Positions 10,201 through 23,000 of a stretch of DNA of 64,000 nt are shown here, piece after piece (positions within the stretch are counted from its first letter, which is position 1; each line of letters begins with the position of its first letter). This DNA is from Amoebophrya sp. A120 (Eukaryota > Protista > Dinoflagellata). A model generated the notes under the pieces. It had not been told where the DNA came from. It saw only the letters and a program-made list of their open reading frames with translations, and ran no database searches. The stretch is taken from assembly GCA_905178155.1 (NCBI GenBank), contig CAJINV010000005.1:1862054-1926053 (forward strand), read 5' to 3'. A program made the translations under genes and the position numbers.

Positions 10201-13200
10201 CAGCACAAGTTTGCTCTGCATGACACAGAAAACCTGTATTTGTGTAGCTAGTACTTGAAAACACGTACGAAAATAGCCACTGATGCATGTCCAGCATGAC
10301 AAGCGTATACAGTTTTGCACTTTCTGCAACACAAAGTTACACTTACACAGTTTTTTTCTTGCATAAAGGTTCTCCTGCATGCAGTGCATGAAGTACTCCT
10401 CTTCGGCAATGGTCTGTTGGTGTAGTTTGAATTTTATCATATCATTTCATGGCAATTAGGCTATTCAGGCATCAAGAAAGCAGGCATCAAGAAAGCAGTA
10501 GCGATTCTTTTAGAACGAGGTGTAATGTGCGACTACACAAGTTTTCTGCAAGAATTGTTGTATTTCTACATGAAACAAATGGCTGCAGAATAAAATCATT
10601 ATCATACCAGATCCCTTGGCACGTCTGGGCCGGTGGAAAAAAATTCCGATGGCTGCAAGGGCTCGCTAGCTGCTGGGTAGGCCAATTCGCGACACAGCTG
10701 CAGATACGTCCGATACCAGGATTCGTAGACCCGCGAGAGTTTGTGCTTCAACAGGCTATTTGACCGTCTGCTGCTGCTATTGGACGGCGCGGGAGACGGG
10801 GCAACAGCACCACCAGCAATGCCTCCGCCGCCCGGAGTAGATAATTGCTGCGGTTGTGCTACCAACATTGGAGGTGCCACTATCGGGTTGTTCGCACCAC
10901 CACCGGTCGCCTTCGCGGCGCCCGCTTGTTCGGGGCTCGACGTGGCTGAGAAGGCAGGAAGAGAGCTCTGCTCAATAATCCTCCTGCAGGTGGGACAGAA
11001 AGTCGGTAGCATGGACCGCGTCAACTGCTTCCACTTTCTGCGGCACAGCGGGTTCCCGCAAACGCGAAACACGTGCTCGAACTCGCCGGACCGCGAGGAG
11101 CGGAAGATCAACGCCTCCTCGGCGCGAAGGGACACCTGCAGGTCCTTGTACCTGGCGAGTTTATTGTGTTGCGGCACTACTAGTTCACCTTTGCTCTCAG
11201 CTGCACTCCTGGTCGAGGATGAATTGGCGGAGACAATCTCCCGAAGCAGCTGCAGCGTCATCTGCACTGGTTCCTCTTTTTCTTTACTTCCGGTGCCGGT
11301 CCTTGATGAAGCTCCTGCGACGGAGACATTTGTGGTTTCAGTGGCACCAGTTTCTTGTCCGTCCACTCTACCACTACCGCCATCGTCGGTGGTCAACAGC
11401 ATGTTCATCGGATTTGCCGCGTGGTCCGCTATCCCCGAGCCGGGCACGGCGGGCAGCACCGGGTCGGAATGCCCGATCGGCAATATCGAACAAAAAAGTG
11501 TTAATGTTACGGTTTTGCATTTTTTGCATTAAAAATTTTTTGTGGGTTCACTGCCCGTATTATGTGAATGCGTAAAGAGACCCGCTCACTCTTTTAACTA
11601 TTGCGGGACTCTGAAGTAGCTAACTTTGTTTGAGTTAGCTAGTGCACAAGGTCTGACGGCGCGGAACTTCGCCTACCGGGGCCGCCCCATGACGCACCTT
11701 CCGCGCCACGTGGGCTCCTGGACCCGGTCGCAGCGCCTCCACACCAGCTCGGTGTCGGCGGAGCCTGCTTTTCAGCTGTTTGGGGGCGCTTCGTGGGCGG
11801 CAGCTACTGCAAGCCACCTGGTTGAGAGATGATCTCGAGTTGCCACCATCCTCGCCGCCGCCATCGACCCTGAGGATGGACCTGCTTTTGGCAGGCAGAG
11901 TCGACCATACCGTGCTGTCTAAAAAGTGTTAACGGTTTTTTCGGGTCATAGGGAATTCCGCCGAAAAAATCCATGATTTGCCATCAATGTGAGGCCAGAT
12001 TTCGCAGTCACCCAGAAAAACCGTTAACACTTTTTAGACAGCATGCTATGATCGACTTACCCTGTCCAAAACCCTGCAGGCCAAGAAGTACGGGCTCTGG
12101 GGAGGATAAATCGACCATAGCGCGCTGTCTAAAAAGTGTTAACGGTCATTTTTTGGCATTTTCATACAAAAAAGCATGCTTTTGGCAGGCTGGGGCGATC
12201 ATACTGCCCATTCTAAAAAGTGTTAACGGTTTTTTTGGGTGACTGCAAAATTTGGGCACTTTGTTGCCCGAATTTTCCCAATTTCCCTCATCCTCGAAGT
12301 CACAGCTTTTCTGCTTCATGGAGAGAACTTGGCGAGATGGCTCAAAAGCTGCAGCGCGATGACTAGAAACGCAGCGAGCCTATACAGTTCTATGGTGGCG
12401 ATATGGTGGAGGGTTGCGCGGACCTTTCGGGGGGTTGTCGCATAGACTGATATGCCGACACATGACGCACGCCTTTTATGACAGACTTCATGGCGAAAGG
12501 TCGCCAACATCACTGCCATATCATGCCAAAACAGTCAGAGCCGCGGCGCCCGTGCTCTTCCTCCGGAGGTTGCGCTAGACTCGGGCGCGGAATGGAATAC
12601 TTTGTGTACTAGCTAGCTCAAACTGATGACGCTACGACAGAGTTCCGCGGTAGCTAGTATCATGAAAAGTGCTGACTTTTACATGAAAAAAAAGCCACTG
12701 AGCGGAAAAAAATTTTTTGTTCCAAAAATCGCCGAAGCCGTAACGTTAACACTTTTTTGCTCGATATTTTTTAGCACGGCAGGCAGCACCGGGTCGGAAT
12801 GCCCGATCGGCAGCCGGAGTATCAAAAGGAAAAATCCCCCCTCCCCATATCGAAACGAAATTTCTGATGCTTGATTTGCGTACACAAATCAGGCCCGTCT
12901 TGCTGGGGAGGACTGCAGGCATATACCAAGCCTGGGTCGAGGGGTTTTGACGTAGGGGACTAGCATGACAGACGTCGGCCCTGTAAGCCCAACAGCATCA
13001 CAAACCGCCGGCATAATGCGGCGGACTCTCTGGCTTTGCCTTCTTGCAAGACAGACAGGATTTGTGACCTCAAATCTGCATCACAAATTTTCAGACGAAT
13101 GAGTTTTCAATATGGGGAGGGGGGATTTTTCCTCTCAATACGGAGTTCTTCATCCTCATTCAGCGTATGCATTAAGTCCAGAGGGTTTTTATTCCCTGCC

Positions 13201-14985
13201 ATCGTGCTCGCGGAGCGGCTGTTCAAATACCCGGCGGGCGCAGACATTACACCCGCAGGACTTGGTAACGACAAGGAGCTCGACGTCATCGTGTTTGGCG
13301 CGTTGGTGCCGTTATTTGTTCCGCCGCCATAGTGGGACGGGGTTGTGCCATTCGGGGAAGACACGTTTGTCCCCGCGCTGTTGTGCCTCTCCGCGTAGAT
13401 CAGCTCGCCGTGCTGGTTCCGCAACAGAGAACTGGTCGGTGTGTTAGACCGCGAATCTCCACCATGGTAAAAATTCGTCGGCGTGCCCTGGACCGACTTC
13501 GCCAGACGGCTCGGGACATCAATCGGGAAGCTGTTGGTCCGCTGCGCCGACGCCATCATGGCCGAGGGGCTGGATTCCGATTTTCCCTGGTGTATGGATT
13601 GCAAAAATGTCTGGGTCTGGAAACTTGTGATGCTAAAAGTGAATGGTAGACGGACTGCAATACGCAGCTATGCATGACAAATTTTTTGGCTCCCATGTCT
13701 TACGTATTCCGCATGGCAAACTGCGTTCTTGCATGACAGGTAAGAGGGCGTTTTCGTGCCTATGCAACACAGATTCTCAAGTCATGCCAGACAAGCATGA
13801 CAAACTTGCATACTTCCAGACCCAGACATTTTTACATTTGATATGGTGGATCAGCTGACCACTCGTCGTTCTCGATCTACCGGCGGACGTAGCGGATTGG
13901 TATGGAGTTCTCAAATGTTACATTCTCAACTGTTACATGAATTTGTAATGCAAGAACGGCAAAAGTGAAAGGGGGAAGATTGCTCCTTTTGCATTACAAA
14001 TTCCGCACAGATTTACATGCTTTTTAGCCCTCCGGGGATTTGTCATGCGTAGCCGCTTGATTATCTGCATCTGGCGGCTTCTGCTTCAGGTAGTTTTGCA
14101 TGACAAATCCATGTAACAGTTGAGAATGTAACGTTTGAGAATGCCATAATTGGTTCGGCGTTCTTCTGCCGGAATTATGGGTCGTCGCGGCCGCGGCGGA
14201 GGTGGTCGTGTGTCTAGCGAGCATAGAAGTACTTGAAGCCGCGGCCGAGGGGGTGCCTTGGATCAGCTGGATGTTGGCGGCGGTCAGGTTTATCGGGGTG
14301 GGTTGGGGGTTATTACTACCAAACTGCTGCTGTTCTTGTAGCCGCCTGCGATTTTCGTCAAGGTTTGACGCGGTCTTCTGCCCGATCACGTGGACCCGAT
14401 CCGCCTCCTCCACGTCGATCGTCAAACGCTGGGCCGCGGCGGCCATGTTCGGCGTTGTTTTCCCCGATCCGCCGCCCGTCAGGGGCGTTTTGTTCGCGCC
14501 GGTGGAAGTCGACTTCGGCGTGGAAACGCGGCTGTTCGTTGACAGCTCGGGAGGATTTTTCGTCGCGTTGGCAGCACCGCTAATGTTCAACGCGTTTACC
14601 AGGTCGGTTTTCACTGTTGGTCCGCCGCCGACCTGATTTTCGTTTTGGATGGTGGATCATGGGAGAAACGAAAGAGAAAAAGAGAGGGACAATCACGAAA
14701 TGAAGCGTATAACTGGTAGTGAATTCGGCACTTTTTTGACCCGAGACACGGTGATGCTTTGTGTCCTCCACCAGACACAACGAGAACGACCACGCAGGTG
14801 CGTACCATGGAAAAGCTACGTAGTGCATCAAGTGTTGTATCATAACCAGGATAGACTAGCTGCACACAACAAGCAAATTTTGTCCTTACGTCAAACTCCT
14901 CCACAAGGCCCTTCAGTGCCTCGAGCAACTCGTCCCGCTCGGCGGAGTTGCTCGAGTTCCGGAGGCGGTCCCGGATGATGTCCAT
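7249..14985 (-). CDS. Large multi-exon hypothetical protein with N/G/Q/S-rich low-complexity regions and a CxxxxC...CxxC Zn-finger-like motif
   Basis: ORF pieces 14611-14985, 14024-14614 (GT-AG intron 14633-14889 gives EEFD|VGGG), 13107-13604, 10602-11483, 9958-10440, 8829-9770 and 7249-7785. Introner junctions checked are in frame; motif VCGNPLC...FCPTC. Two joins (about 9780-9960 and 10440-10600) are unresolved. Confidence 0.65.
7809..8846. mobile_element. Long (1.04 kb) non-autonomous TIR element/intron, family E
   Basis: TIR TATCAAAGGAGCAAGTGAATCAC / GTGATTCATTTGCCCCTGTGATA; DR ACTAT; internal repeats TGGAGGTGTAATCACTT. Confidence 0.82.
10155..10365. mobile_element. Introner family D
   Basis: TATGCAAGAAAAAAACTGTG / CACAGTTTTTTTCTTGCATA; DR AAGGC/AAGGT; QENL|PVIE in frame. 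Confidence 0.9.
11484..12766. mobile_element. Long (1.28 kb) TIR element related to family D
   Basis: TIR TATCGAACAAAAAAGTGTTAATGTTACGG / CCGTAACGTTAACACTTTTTTGCTCGATA; internal AAAAAGTGTTAACGG repeats; no 5-bp DR, but a 39-bp exon duplication. Confidence 0.82.
12820..13140. mobile_element. Introner family G
   Basis: TIR with GGAAAAATCCCCCCTCCCCATA; DR CGGAG. Confidence 0.9.
13593..13843. mobile_element. Introner family A
   Basis: Family A TIRs; DR TGGTG. Confidence 0.92.
13901..14148. mobile_element. Introner family F
   Basis: TIR TATGGAGTTCTCAAATGTTACATTCTCAACTGTTACATG and its inverse; DR ATTGG. Confidence 0.9.
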
Positions 14986-16226
14986 ACTGGAAACTCGGCT
15001 GCGTTGCCCAAGTTGCCCCGGCTCGGTAAAGACTCAAGAATAGCGGTACAACAAGAACTAGTTGCAGGATTGTAGTACTGCTCCTGCACCAGGACAGAGC
15101 GCTCTGTCAGCCGCCGTGCTTCGAAGCCTTTCTGCAGTGGTCGTCCCCTGTCGCGGCGCCGGGGATTGATCACATGATCATGCGGGTAGCCCTTACTGCG
15201 GTGAGGTAGCAACTGCAGCTTTCTCTGCCATTTTTCGAACGTGAATTGAATTAATAGCAGGAGGGGGGTATAGAGAAAGAGAATTATCCGAAGTAGTAAA
15301 TGTTTGTTTAAGAACGTCGTGTAGTACTGTGAGGAAAAACGAATAAACGTCAACTCATCATGTTTCAAACTCAAAGAGAAGGTAGAAGAACAAACGAACG
15401 AAAGCGTGAGGGCGGTTTATTTTCAGATTACGTGCGAAGCTGCGCAGCCTGACAGATAGAATTCGAAGAACAAAACTGAAGATGGCCTTGTTGTATGTAG
15501 TTGTACCCGCAAAAGTAGCGACGCCTTCTACTAGCAGGATTTTTGCAATTTGATGAAAAGAATTTTGACATGACAGAGGTAGCAAAAAAAGACCGTGCTT
15601 GGCAACAGATTCGCTTTGGCGCGGCAGTGTGCAACAGAAGCGGCAAAAAGCAACTCCAACCGTATCTCTTCATCTCTCTCGCTCTCGAAAAAGGCAGGCG
15701 CATGCTGCGTTTTTCTAAACCGATCATGTGCATCTGCTGCACAACTCTCAGGTTCAGTCCGACACCTGCAGTTTAATCTATCATGTTGAGAAAAAAGACT
15801 TCTCGGACATAATGAAAAAACCGACTTACGTGTCACCAAGCTACTCGAAAGAAATTTTCTGATCGGTACAGCCAGTAAAAACCAGCACTTCTTCAGCACA
15901 CCACTTTTCATAAGGTGAAAACCAGCTCTCCTTTCTGAGCTCTGTGTCAGTGCTTCATCCTGCTTTTCTACACAATCATAGTCTATTGCCGATCAGTGGT
16001 TCCATACTTTCTGTATTGCTGATCCAACAACTAAGCTTGTCGCGGTCCACCAGCAGACTGCCGCACTTTTTCTATATCTGTTTGGACCTGGTACACCAGT
16101 TACAAAGGAATTTATTCGAATAAATTGATACGCTTTTATTCGAGTTCTTCTCAACGCAACAGACCAGGAATAGCTTTCGACAGCTGCAAATGGCGCCGGT
16201 CGTCCTACAATCGTCTCGTCTTGCGC

Positions 16227-19197
16227 TTACAGCACTTCAAGCCGCCACTTCTTGTGATCCGCATCGGCTTCATCGATTTCCCCGGGAAGTGAAGTGTAGG
16301 CGGGCCGGCGTCGTTTTGTATCGGTCACGTGTGCAAAAGAAAGAAACTTCTGGAATAAAGCAAATGCATCGACAAAAGGACTAAAAAGTACGACCTGTGA
16401 CAGCTGCATGTGCGTTTTTCTTCTGTCATACTGCAACTGAAGCAAAGCAGCTCCTCGCAAAAACGAAATCATGCCAAAGATCATGTTGTATTGTACTGAA
16501 GTAGAGATCTTCTGGAAGTTATACTTATACAGAATCATCTGCATTTTTCCAGGTTATGGCCGCGAGAGGATCGCGTGTAGTTTACCGTAGATACATCAAC
16601 CAAAGCCTCCAAGCCAAAGGCTTCCTCGCGCGTGGGGCTTTCCCCGCTCGTCTGGGCCGGTATGACCAATCGCATTGCACCCCCTGCATCCATCCCCACC
16701 GGCAACTGCCAGTTGCAAAAAATCCCTGCATCCTTGTGCTTTTCTACGTCTGGCGTCGCAACGGCAGCAATAACGCGCCGCTTTTCATTCGGTGTTTTTT
16801 CGCGCAGGCCGCACATGACCAACCGATTCAGTTTGTTTTCCGGGTCGTAGGTGACGAGTTGATACAGGTCCTGCCATATGCATTGCAAAACCATTATAGT
16901 TGTACTAGTTGCTATTTTTCCATCAGAAATTTTCTCGGAAAGACAACTGGAATTTGTCAATCTAATTCTGATTAAGGTTAAGCTTGCTTGATGCCATTCA
17001 ATAGAAGGTACTGCAACTGACAGTACGAGTACGATGAATTTTGCAATGGATAGGCCATTCCTCCTCTCCCACCGGCACCACCGTCCACTTTGCCAAGGCA
17101 CAAGGCGTCGCGTCAGTATCGTGCGCATACGTCATCACTTCGCGCCCGCGATTGTCTCCGTCCATGCTTTATCAGGAGAAAATCGCTAGAGAGAATTTTT
17201 ATCAAGTCATACGCACTTGTTTCTATCTTGAGATGCAAAGAGCACGGCGCGAAAAATACGGAGAAAGCTGTCACGGGTAGCCGCCCGCAAAAGCATGTAG
17301 CGTGTTTAGTTCACGATATTTCCGATCATGCAATTCATTGCATTTTCCACATGAAAACAACAAGTGGGACGATGATATCATGCTGCTTTTTGCGTGTAGT
17401 TCTTTACACAATCATACGCTGAAATTGTTCCAGTCTGGCTTGCCACGCGCGTACAGGAACTCATCAGCGCTGTTCCGTATCAAGACTGTGCTCCATTTAT
17501 TCCAGGAAGTGGTCCCGGCACTCGGCGACTCGCCCTCGCTCACGACGGCGGACACTATCAGTGAGAAACTTTTTACCGTCGACTTCGAATCTTTATGCGC
17601 ACTGAAATACAAATGCTTCTGAGCTGAATATTAGGAGACTCTTCATTATTCATTGACTTACCATGCCTGATTGAGTGGTTGTATTCTGAAAGGAAATCAC
17701 AGCCATAGATAGGGGCAGTTCGCGTCTGGTGATGGAGGTAAACAGGTTCGCACAGAGTAGCATTCGAAACCACGTTAAATTGCATCTCCAGCTCGAAGTG
17801 GTCTGACGGGAAATGGCCCGGAGCAGTATCCTTTGCAAAAGTTTGGGATCTCAGCATCTGTAAGCACACAACGAGGACACGCACGACAGACGTATTGCAG
17901 TTTGACACTCCTGGCAGTGACATTCTCATTTCTTCGTATGTCAACAAGCATGTCAAAACTTATGTCGTGTCGTGGTTGCCGCGTGCTTTTGCTTTATCAT
18001 TTGCCTCTACTTTTACATTCCCTAGCCGCGCTTGTTCCGCAACTCTTCTGTGCCCACTCGGTGCCGTGTGTCAGGTAGCGGCCGCAGGTTTGGACCTGAG
18101 GTGAAAGTTACAAAGGTAGCAAAGTTGAGAACAAAAATGCTCTGTACAGTGACACTTTGCGCAGGTAGTTTTGGTGCAAATCCAAGTGTATTTAATGAAA
18201 CCACAATTGTTCGAAAAAAAACTATAGATACGACAGATCTGCTCTTGAGTCTTCAAGCTGTACCTTTGTGCAAGATGAAATCAATTCGGCGAAACGCCGC
18301 TTCGTTGTGTTGCGTCGTTCCGTTCGGAAGAGCGGCCGGATAGGTGTCTCGTCCCGCAGGACCGTCGAAGTTCGCGAACGCGTCGCGAAAGCCCCAGTGC
18401 TGTGCGCGCCGGTACCATTCTTCCGTTGGCGGCCCGTTCATATCTCCGGTCAGAACGAGGTTGAAGTGCTCCGGATTAATGCTTGTTCCCGACGTGGTGG
18501 CTTTTTTATTCGCGGCGTCCAGAAGTCCTGCCATCGCCAGCTCCAATTCTGCACCCCGGTTCGTTTCTCCACCATCGGCCACACTCTTAGAGTCCATATG
18601 AACATTCCCACACACAAACAAAACCCCGTCTTCCGTGCGGAACATTTGCACGAGCATGGGCCGATAATTGCAATCCTTGTAATTCGGTGTCGGTTTTTCA
18701 CAAGCCTCGCCGCGTGTGCGTTGCCGGTACACTCCCTCCCCAGCCCACGCGATTTGCCCCCACGGCCGTGGGGAGCTGGAGGCTTCACCACTCTCGTCCC
18801 ACTCGGGCAAAATCGCCAGGGACTGCACATCGTTGTCCCATCGTATCGCCGCGCCGGTCGTACTCTGCACGCGCATCAGGGAATTCTGCGGCCGGCGCGC
18901 CTGCCCCAGAATCTCCGCCAGGTGCCAGAAATACATCTGCTGGGTGTCCGGGCCGCTGCCCGTCGTGTCGCCGCTGTCCTCTCGGGCTTCGACCACCTTG
19001 GCCTTGCTCTCCTGCAAGTGCAACACCTGCAGGTCTAGCCCGTTCTGCTCTGCTTCCGGGTCCGCGAGCGAGCTGCGAAACAGCGCAGACGGCATGCCGG
19101 CCCGGCGGAGGCCCCAATCGTCATTGCTTCCACCGACGTTGTATGATACTACGCGAAAACGAGTGGGGTTGGAATCTTCATCCTCGTCCGGGGGCAG
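16227..19197 (-). CDS. Endonuclease/exonuclease/phosphatase (EEP) family protein with C-terminal extension; 5' end uncertain
   Basis: EEP motifs in order: FRVVSYNV (about 19140-19160), DLQVLHLQE, NVHMDS, LTGDMN, GFRDAF, RIDFIL, and PSDH (about 17800). Downstream exons at 17412-17612, 16535-16876 and 16227-16360 are tentative. Confidence 0.8.
16877..17052. mobile_element. Introner family B (diverged)
   Basis: TATGCATTGCAAAA / TTTTGCAATGGATA; DR TGCCA/GGCCA; EEEW|QDL in frame. Confidence 0.78.
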
Positions 19198-20024
19198 TTA
19201 TCCTACCAGAAAAGGCACCAGACGCACACCCATCACGCAAGTACTAGTACCGTGGTCATGATGCGTCATTTTTCCCCAAGGAGACAGATTCGTTGGAGCG
19301 AGAAAGGTAGGAGCTGTACTTTCGAATTCGACGGATACGGAACAACCGCGGTACACGAGTGTACTACAGGGAACAAATTTACTTCTCCAGAAAGAATTGA
19401 ACCTGCTCTACCGTCATGACGGTAAAACTTACTACGGGTCCTCGTGCGCTTTTCTTCTGCTTCGTACCGGGTGAGGTCCCGGCCGACTCTCGCGGAAATC
19501 CACACCGAAAACCATTGTCGCGGGGAACGAGAGTTGTTCTGCTCGTGACCAGAGATCGTCAAACTCTGTTTTATTTCCGGCACCGTCGTGGTTCACCGGA
19601 ACTAACCCTACTGGAACTTCCACCGCCTCCACCAAAAACTGTTGCCAATCAAATTTCAAACCAGTTGTTAGTCCGGAAGTAGACCTGCTGTACGCGTTGT
19701 TCCGGCCAATCTCGATCTCGGCTTCGCCGAGACCCGGGAGCAACCAACCGGAACCTTGCGGGGAAAAACACGGCTTCGCAGTCGTGGTGGAGTCGTGCTG
19801 CTTCTATGCAATACAAATTTATTACCGTACTCTACAACAACACAGCTTCACGTCTCTACTACTACAAAATCAAAATGCACCAAAAATTTTCCCACCACGG
19901 AGTTGACCCGACCTTTACCGCATGTGCTAACTTGTCCTGTTGAAGAAGGTTCTTGGGCGGGAATGCTGCAGAATTTGTCATGCATGGAGAGCCTGTGTAC
20001 GTCTGCGTCCGAGTCCGTCGTCGC

Positions 20025-23000
20025 CTACGGAAACAAATTTACTACAGAAGATAGCTGCGTCCCTCGTGGGTAATGTCGACAGCTCTTGATCGGAAAGGCG
20101 TCCTCGTCGCCGTCCACAGGTTCATCCAAGGTAAATATGTCTGTGTCTGGAAGATAGCGAGATTAGCAATGATAGTCTGGCATATCGACTCTTAACTCTC
20201 ACTCTGTAGTATTGCGTGCCCACGAACAAGAGCAAAAAGAAAAAAGCAGCTTCTCATGGGGAATACACAACAAAGAGCCACGATAAAATCGGCATGCATG
20301 AAGTTGTAGCATTACATTGTGATTACCTACTCACTTACATGCATCATTCACAATTTATTTCGCAATTTATTTCGCGACCCAGACATATTTGAATCGCATA
20401 AGGCTTCACGCGAAACAAAACCGCGTTGCCGTCGCTAATGTCTTGCCTCTGCAGCCGTAAAAATTTGTCACCCGCGCCATGATCACCACGCATAGGTAAC
20501 GACTTCTCGTCTTCCGCGGTTCCGTCTTCCAACTTGATCAGGGACCCAAACTTGCTGTACTCCATGCGGTTCATGCTTTTCTCCGTGTTGCGATCGAGGC
20601 GGTCCGGCTTGGAGTAGCGGATGTTGTTGCCCGCATCCTGCTCGATCTGCAACAGCGCCGGCAGGAGCCTACTGGCGTACCACAGGTGATCGCTGTTCTG
20701 AGTTTGCTGCAAGAGGTTCTCTGCCACGTACTTGGCGCTTTGCCCCACCGCAAATGCCCGATCCGCGTCGCAGGTGTCGCAGGGAAGCATGTGACTCAGG
20801 TACTTGAACATCGTACTCGCGAACTCGGCGGTGCGGTTGTTTTTTGTGAACAGCCCGTAGGACTCGTCGGCGTCGAAATTCAGATTAAAATCTTGCCAGG
20901 GTTTGAACTCGCCTTCTCTCGCTGGTGAAGCTTGCCAGTAGCAGTAGTGAAGCCTCTTTTCCGCGATAAAGCTGCTCACGTACAAAAACCAGGGGTGAAA
21001 CTGGTCGGAATTGTCGACGCCCCCGTAGTCCTTGTCGAGTCCGAAACCAAACTCCCCGATCCAGACCGGGCTCGTCTCTGCCACGAACCCCCTGTAGTAC
21101 TCCATTTCCCGACGGTAGTCGTTGTAGGTAACGAGTGGCTTTCCATCGGCGTTGTTCCGGTCCCAGGTCAACCCGTGGTGGCCGACGTACCAGCTCGAAT
21201 GGAAGGCATACACGTGCACGGAGTAGACGGTCTGCTTCGGAAATCTGCGATGCAGCCCGTAATCAAACACATTCCGCGGAAGCACGCCGGCGTAGTCCAC
21301 ACCTTCCACAAGCAGCAGCAGGTTTGCAGCGACAACTTTTGGGTTCCCAACGGTACTTAATGCCGAGACGCTGAACTTGTTCTCCATCTGCTCCGTGATG
21401 GTCTACATTCGGACCGCACACGCCTCCGCGACGGGGGCGAAATCCGGGTCTTCACTATTCCATACCGGCTCCTCAAAGTTACCGACGTGGTCATCGCCAC
21501 CGCCCTCAGCATCGTCCGGAGGCGGCTTCTGACTCCAGTAGAGTGCGTCGATGTTCTCGTAGCCAAGGCGGTATTCGTTCCGCAGGTCGTAGCCGATCAC
21601 GAAGGCGTTGTTTTTGTACCGGTCCGCGAGAAAGGAAATTTGCATGAGGAAAGAGGACGTCGGGTAGCGGTCCGAAAACCACATTTGATTTCCGTCCTTG
21701 GAATTGCAAGTGCAACACCACCCCGCGTCAGACATGTGCTCGTTCAGAACCACCATCATTCGTTTTTCCGTGATCTTCCTCACCATCTCATCCAGCAGGC
21801 ACAGGGGCAGCGGCGCTTTTCATACATGAATTTGTCATGCAAAAACACTATCATCATTCACACGATCAAGCTGCTTCGCATGACAAATTTGCGAAGGGCT
21901 AGACACCACCTAAATCGGTCCGGAACTTGTAATGCTACAGGTGCAACCTCCCCCCTTTCACTTTTCCCATTCTTGCATGACAAGTTGAGAATGTAACATT
22001 TGAGAACGCCATATCGGCGTCTTCTCCAAAGAGGACATATTCGAGGAGATTCTCGGCCAGGAGTTCGACGACGAGTCCGCGGCTTTACCGCTAGAAGTGC
22101 TCGAAGCGAAGGAGGACGTTGCGAAAACGCTGCTGCACGGCGCGCTCAGCATGGAAACCTCGAGCAGCGACGAGGAAGGAGGAACAACTGTTGGTGCTGC
22201 TGCGACTACTGGAGCTGCTGCTGGAACAAGCGTCGAAAACAAGGAGAACAACACATCAGCAGACGATATAATTAACTCGGGATCCTCCAAGAGGAATACC
22301 AAATCTGCCAACAAACGAAAGAACGCCTCACAGATCGAGCTGCAGACAATGTCGGAAATGACCGGGCGACACCGTGATTCCACGGTCAGCAGTGCTAGCG
22401 GCAGCGGCATTGCGATGAAGAGTCAAGCGTCGCAAGGGGAACTACTGGAAGAGCGTGAGCAACTGCTGGAACTCACGAAGATGGTCCACGAGCCGGCCTC
22501 GAAGCTCCGCGGGGGCCAACACTTCTACAACGTGGACCCCATGAGCATGCGCGTCTTCAATAAGGCGCTGGCCGAGAGTCCGTTGACGCCCTTCGAGATT
22601 GCGGTCTTGTGTGCGCACCTGCGGGAGAATTACCCCGGGCCGGAATTGTTCCACGAACTGGCCGTGAGTAAGACTCGGATGGAAGGTTCAGTCGGCCGGG
22701 AAGAACTGCTTTCGGACTACGACGCAGCGGGTTCCTCTCGCGCGTCCTGGACCAGCATGCTAAAAAACCGCCTACTATCCCAAGCAAAAACGTCTCCACC
22801 CCATAGTCAAGATGGGAATCTAGCAACACAAACCTCCAAGTTTTGGGAGCTGTGCATGACAAGTTTCCCTCTGCAGTGCAGTGCTGATTGGCAAGATAGG
22901 CTGCATGAGAAAGCCATTCTCACATCCTGTTTACAGCATTACAAATTCCAAAACACGACTGGAAATTCCCCTCATGGAGCTGCGCATTACAAATGTTCCT

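Noticed and set aside
10741-11532. Long plus-strand ORFs (also 18268-19038, 44827-45354, 49376-49900)
   Set aside because: These are antisense shadows of GC-rich minus-strand exons, with no recognisable motifs.
16227-19197. EEP domain as a LINE retrotransposon endonuclease or the introner excision enzyme
   Set aside because: There is no adjacent reverse transcriptase and the gene has introns; nothing in the sequence links it to the elements.
20344-21786. Genome-wide stop-codon reassignment
   Set aside because: Only one clear in-frame stop was found; exons of 600-800 codons elsewhere have none.
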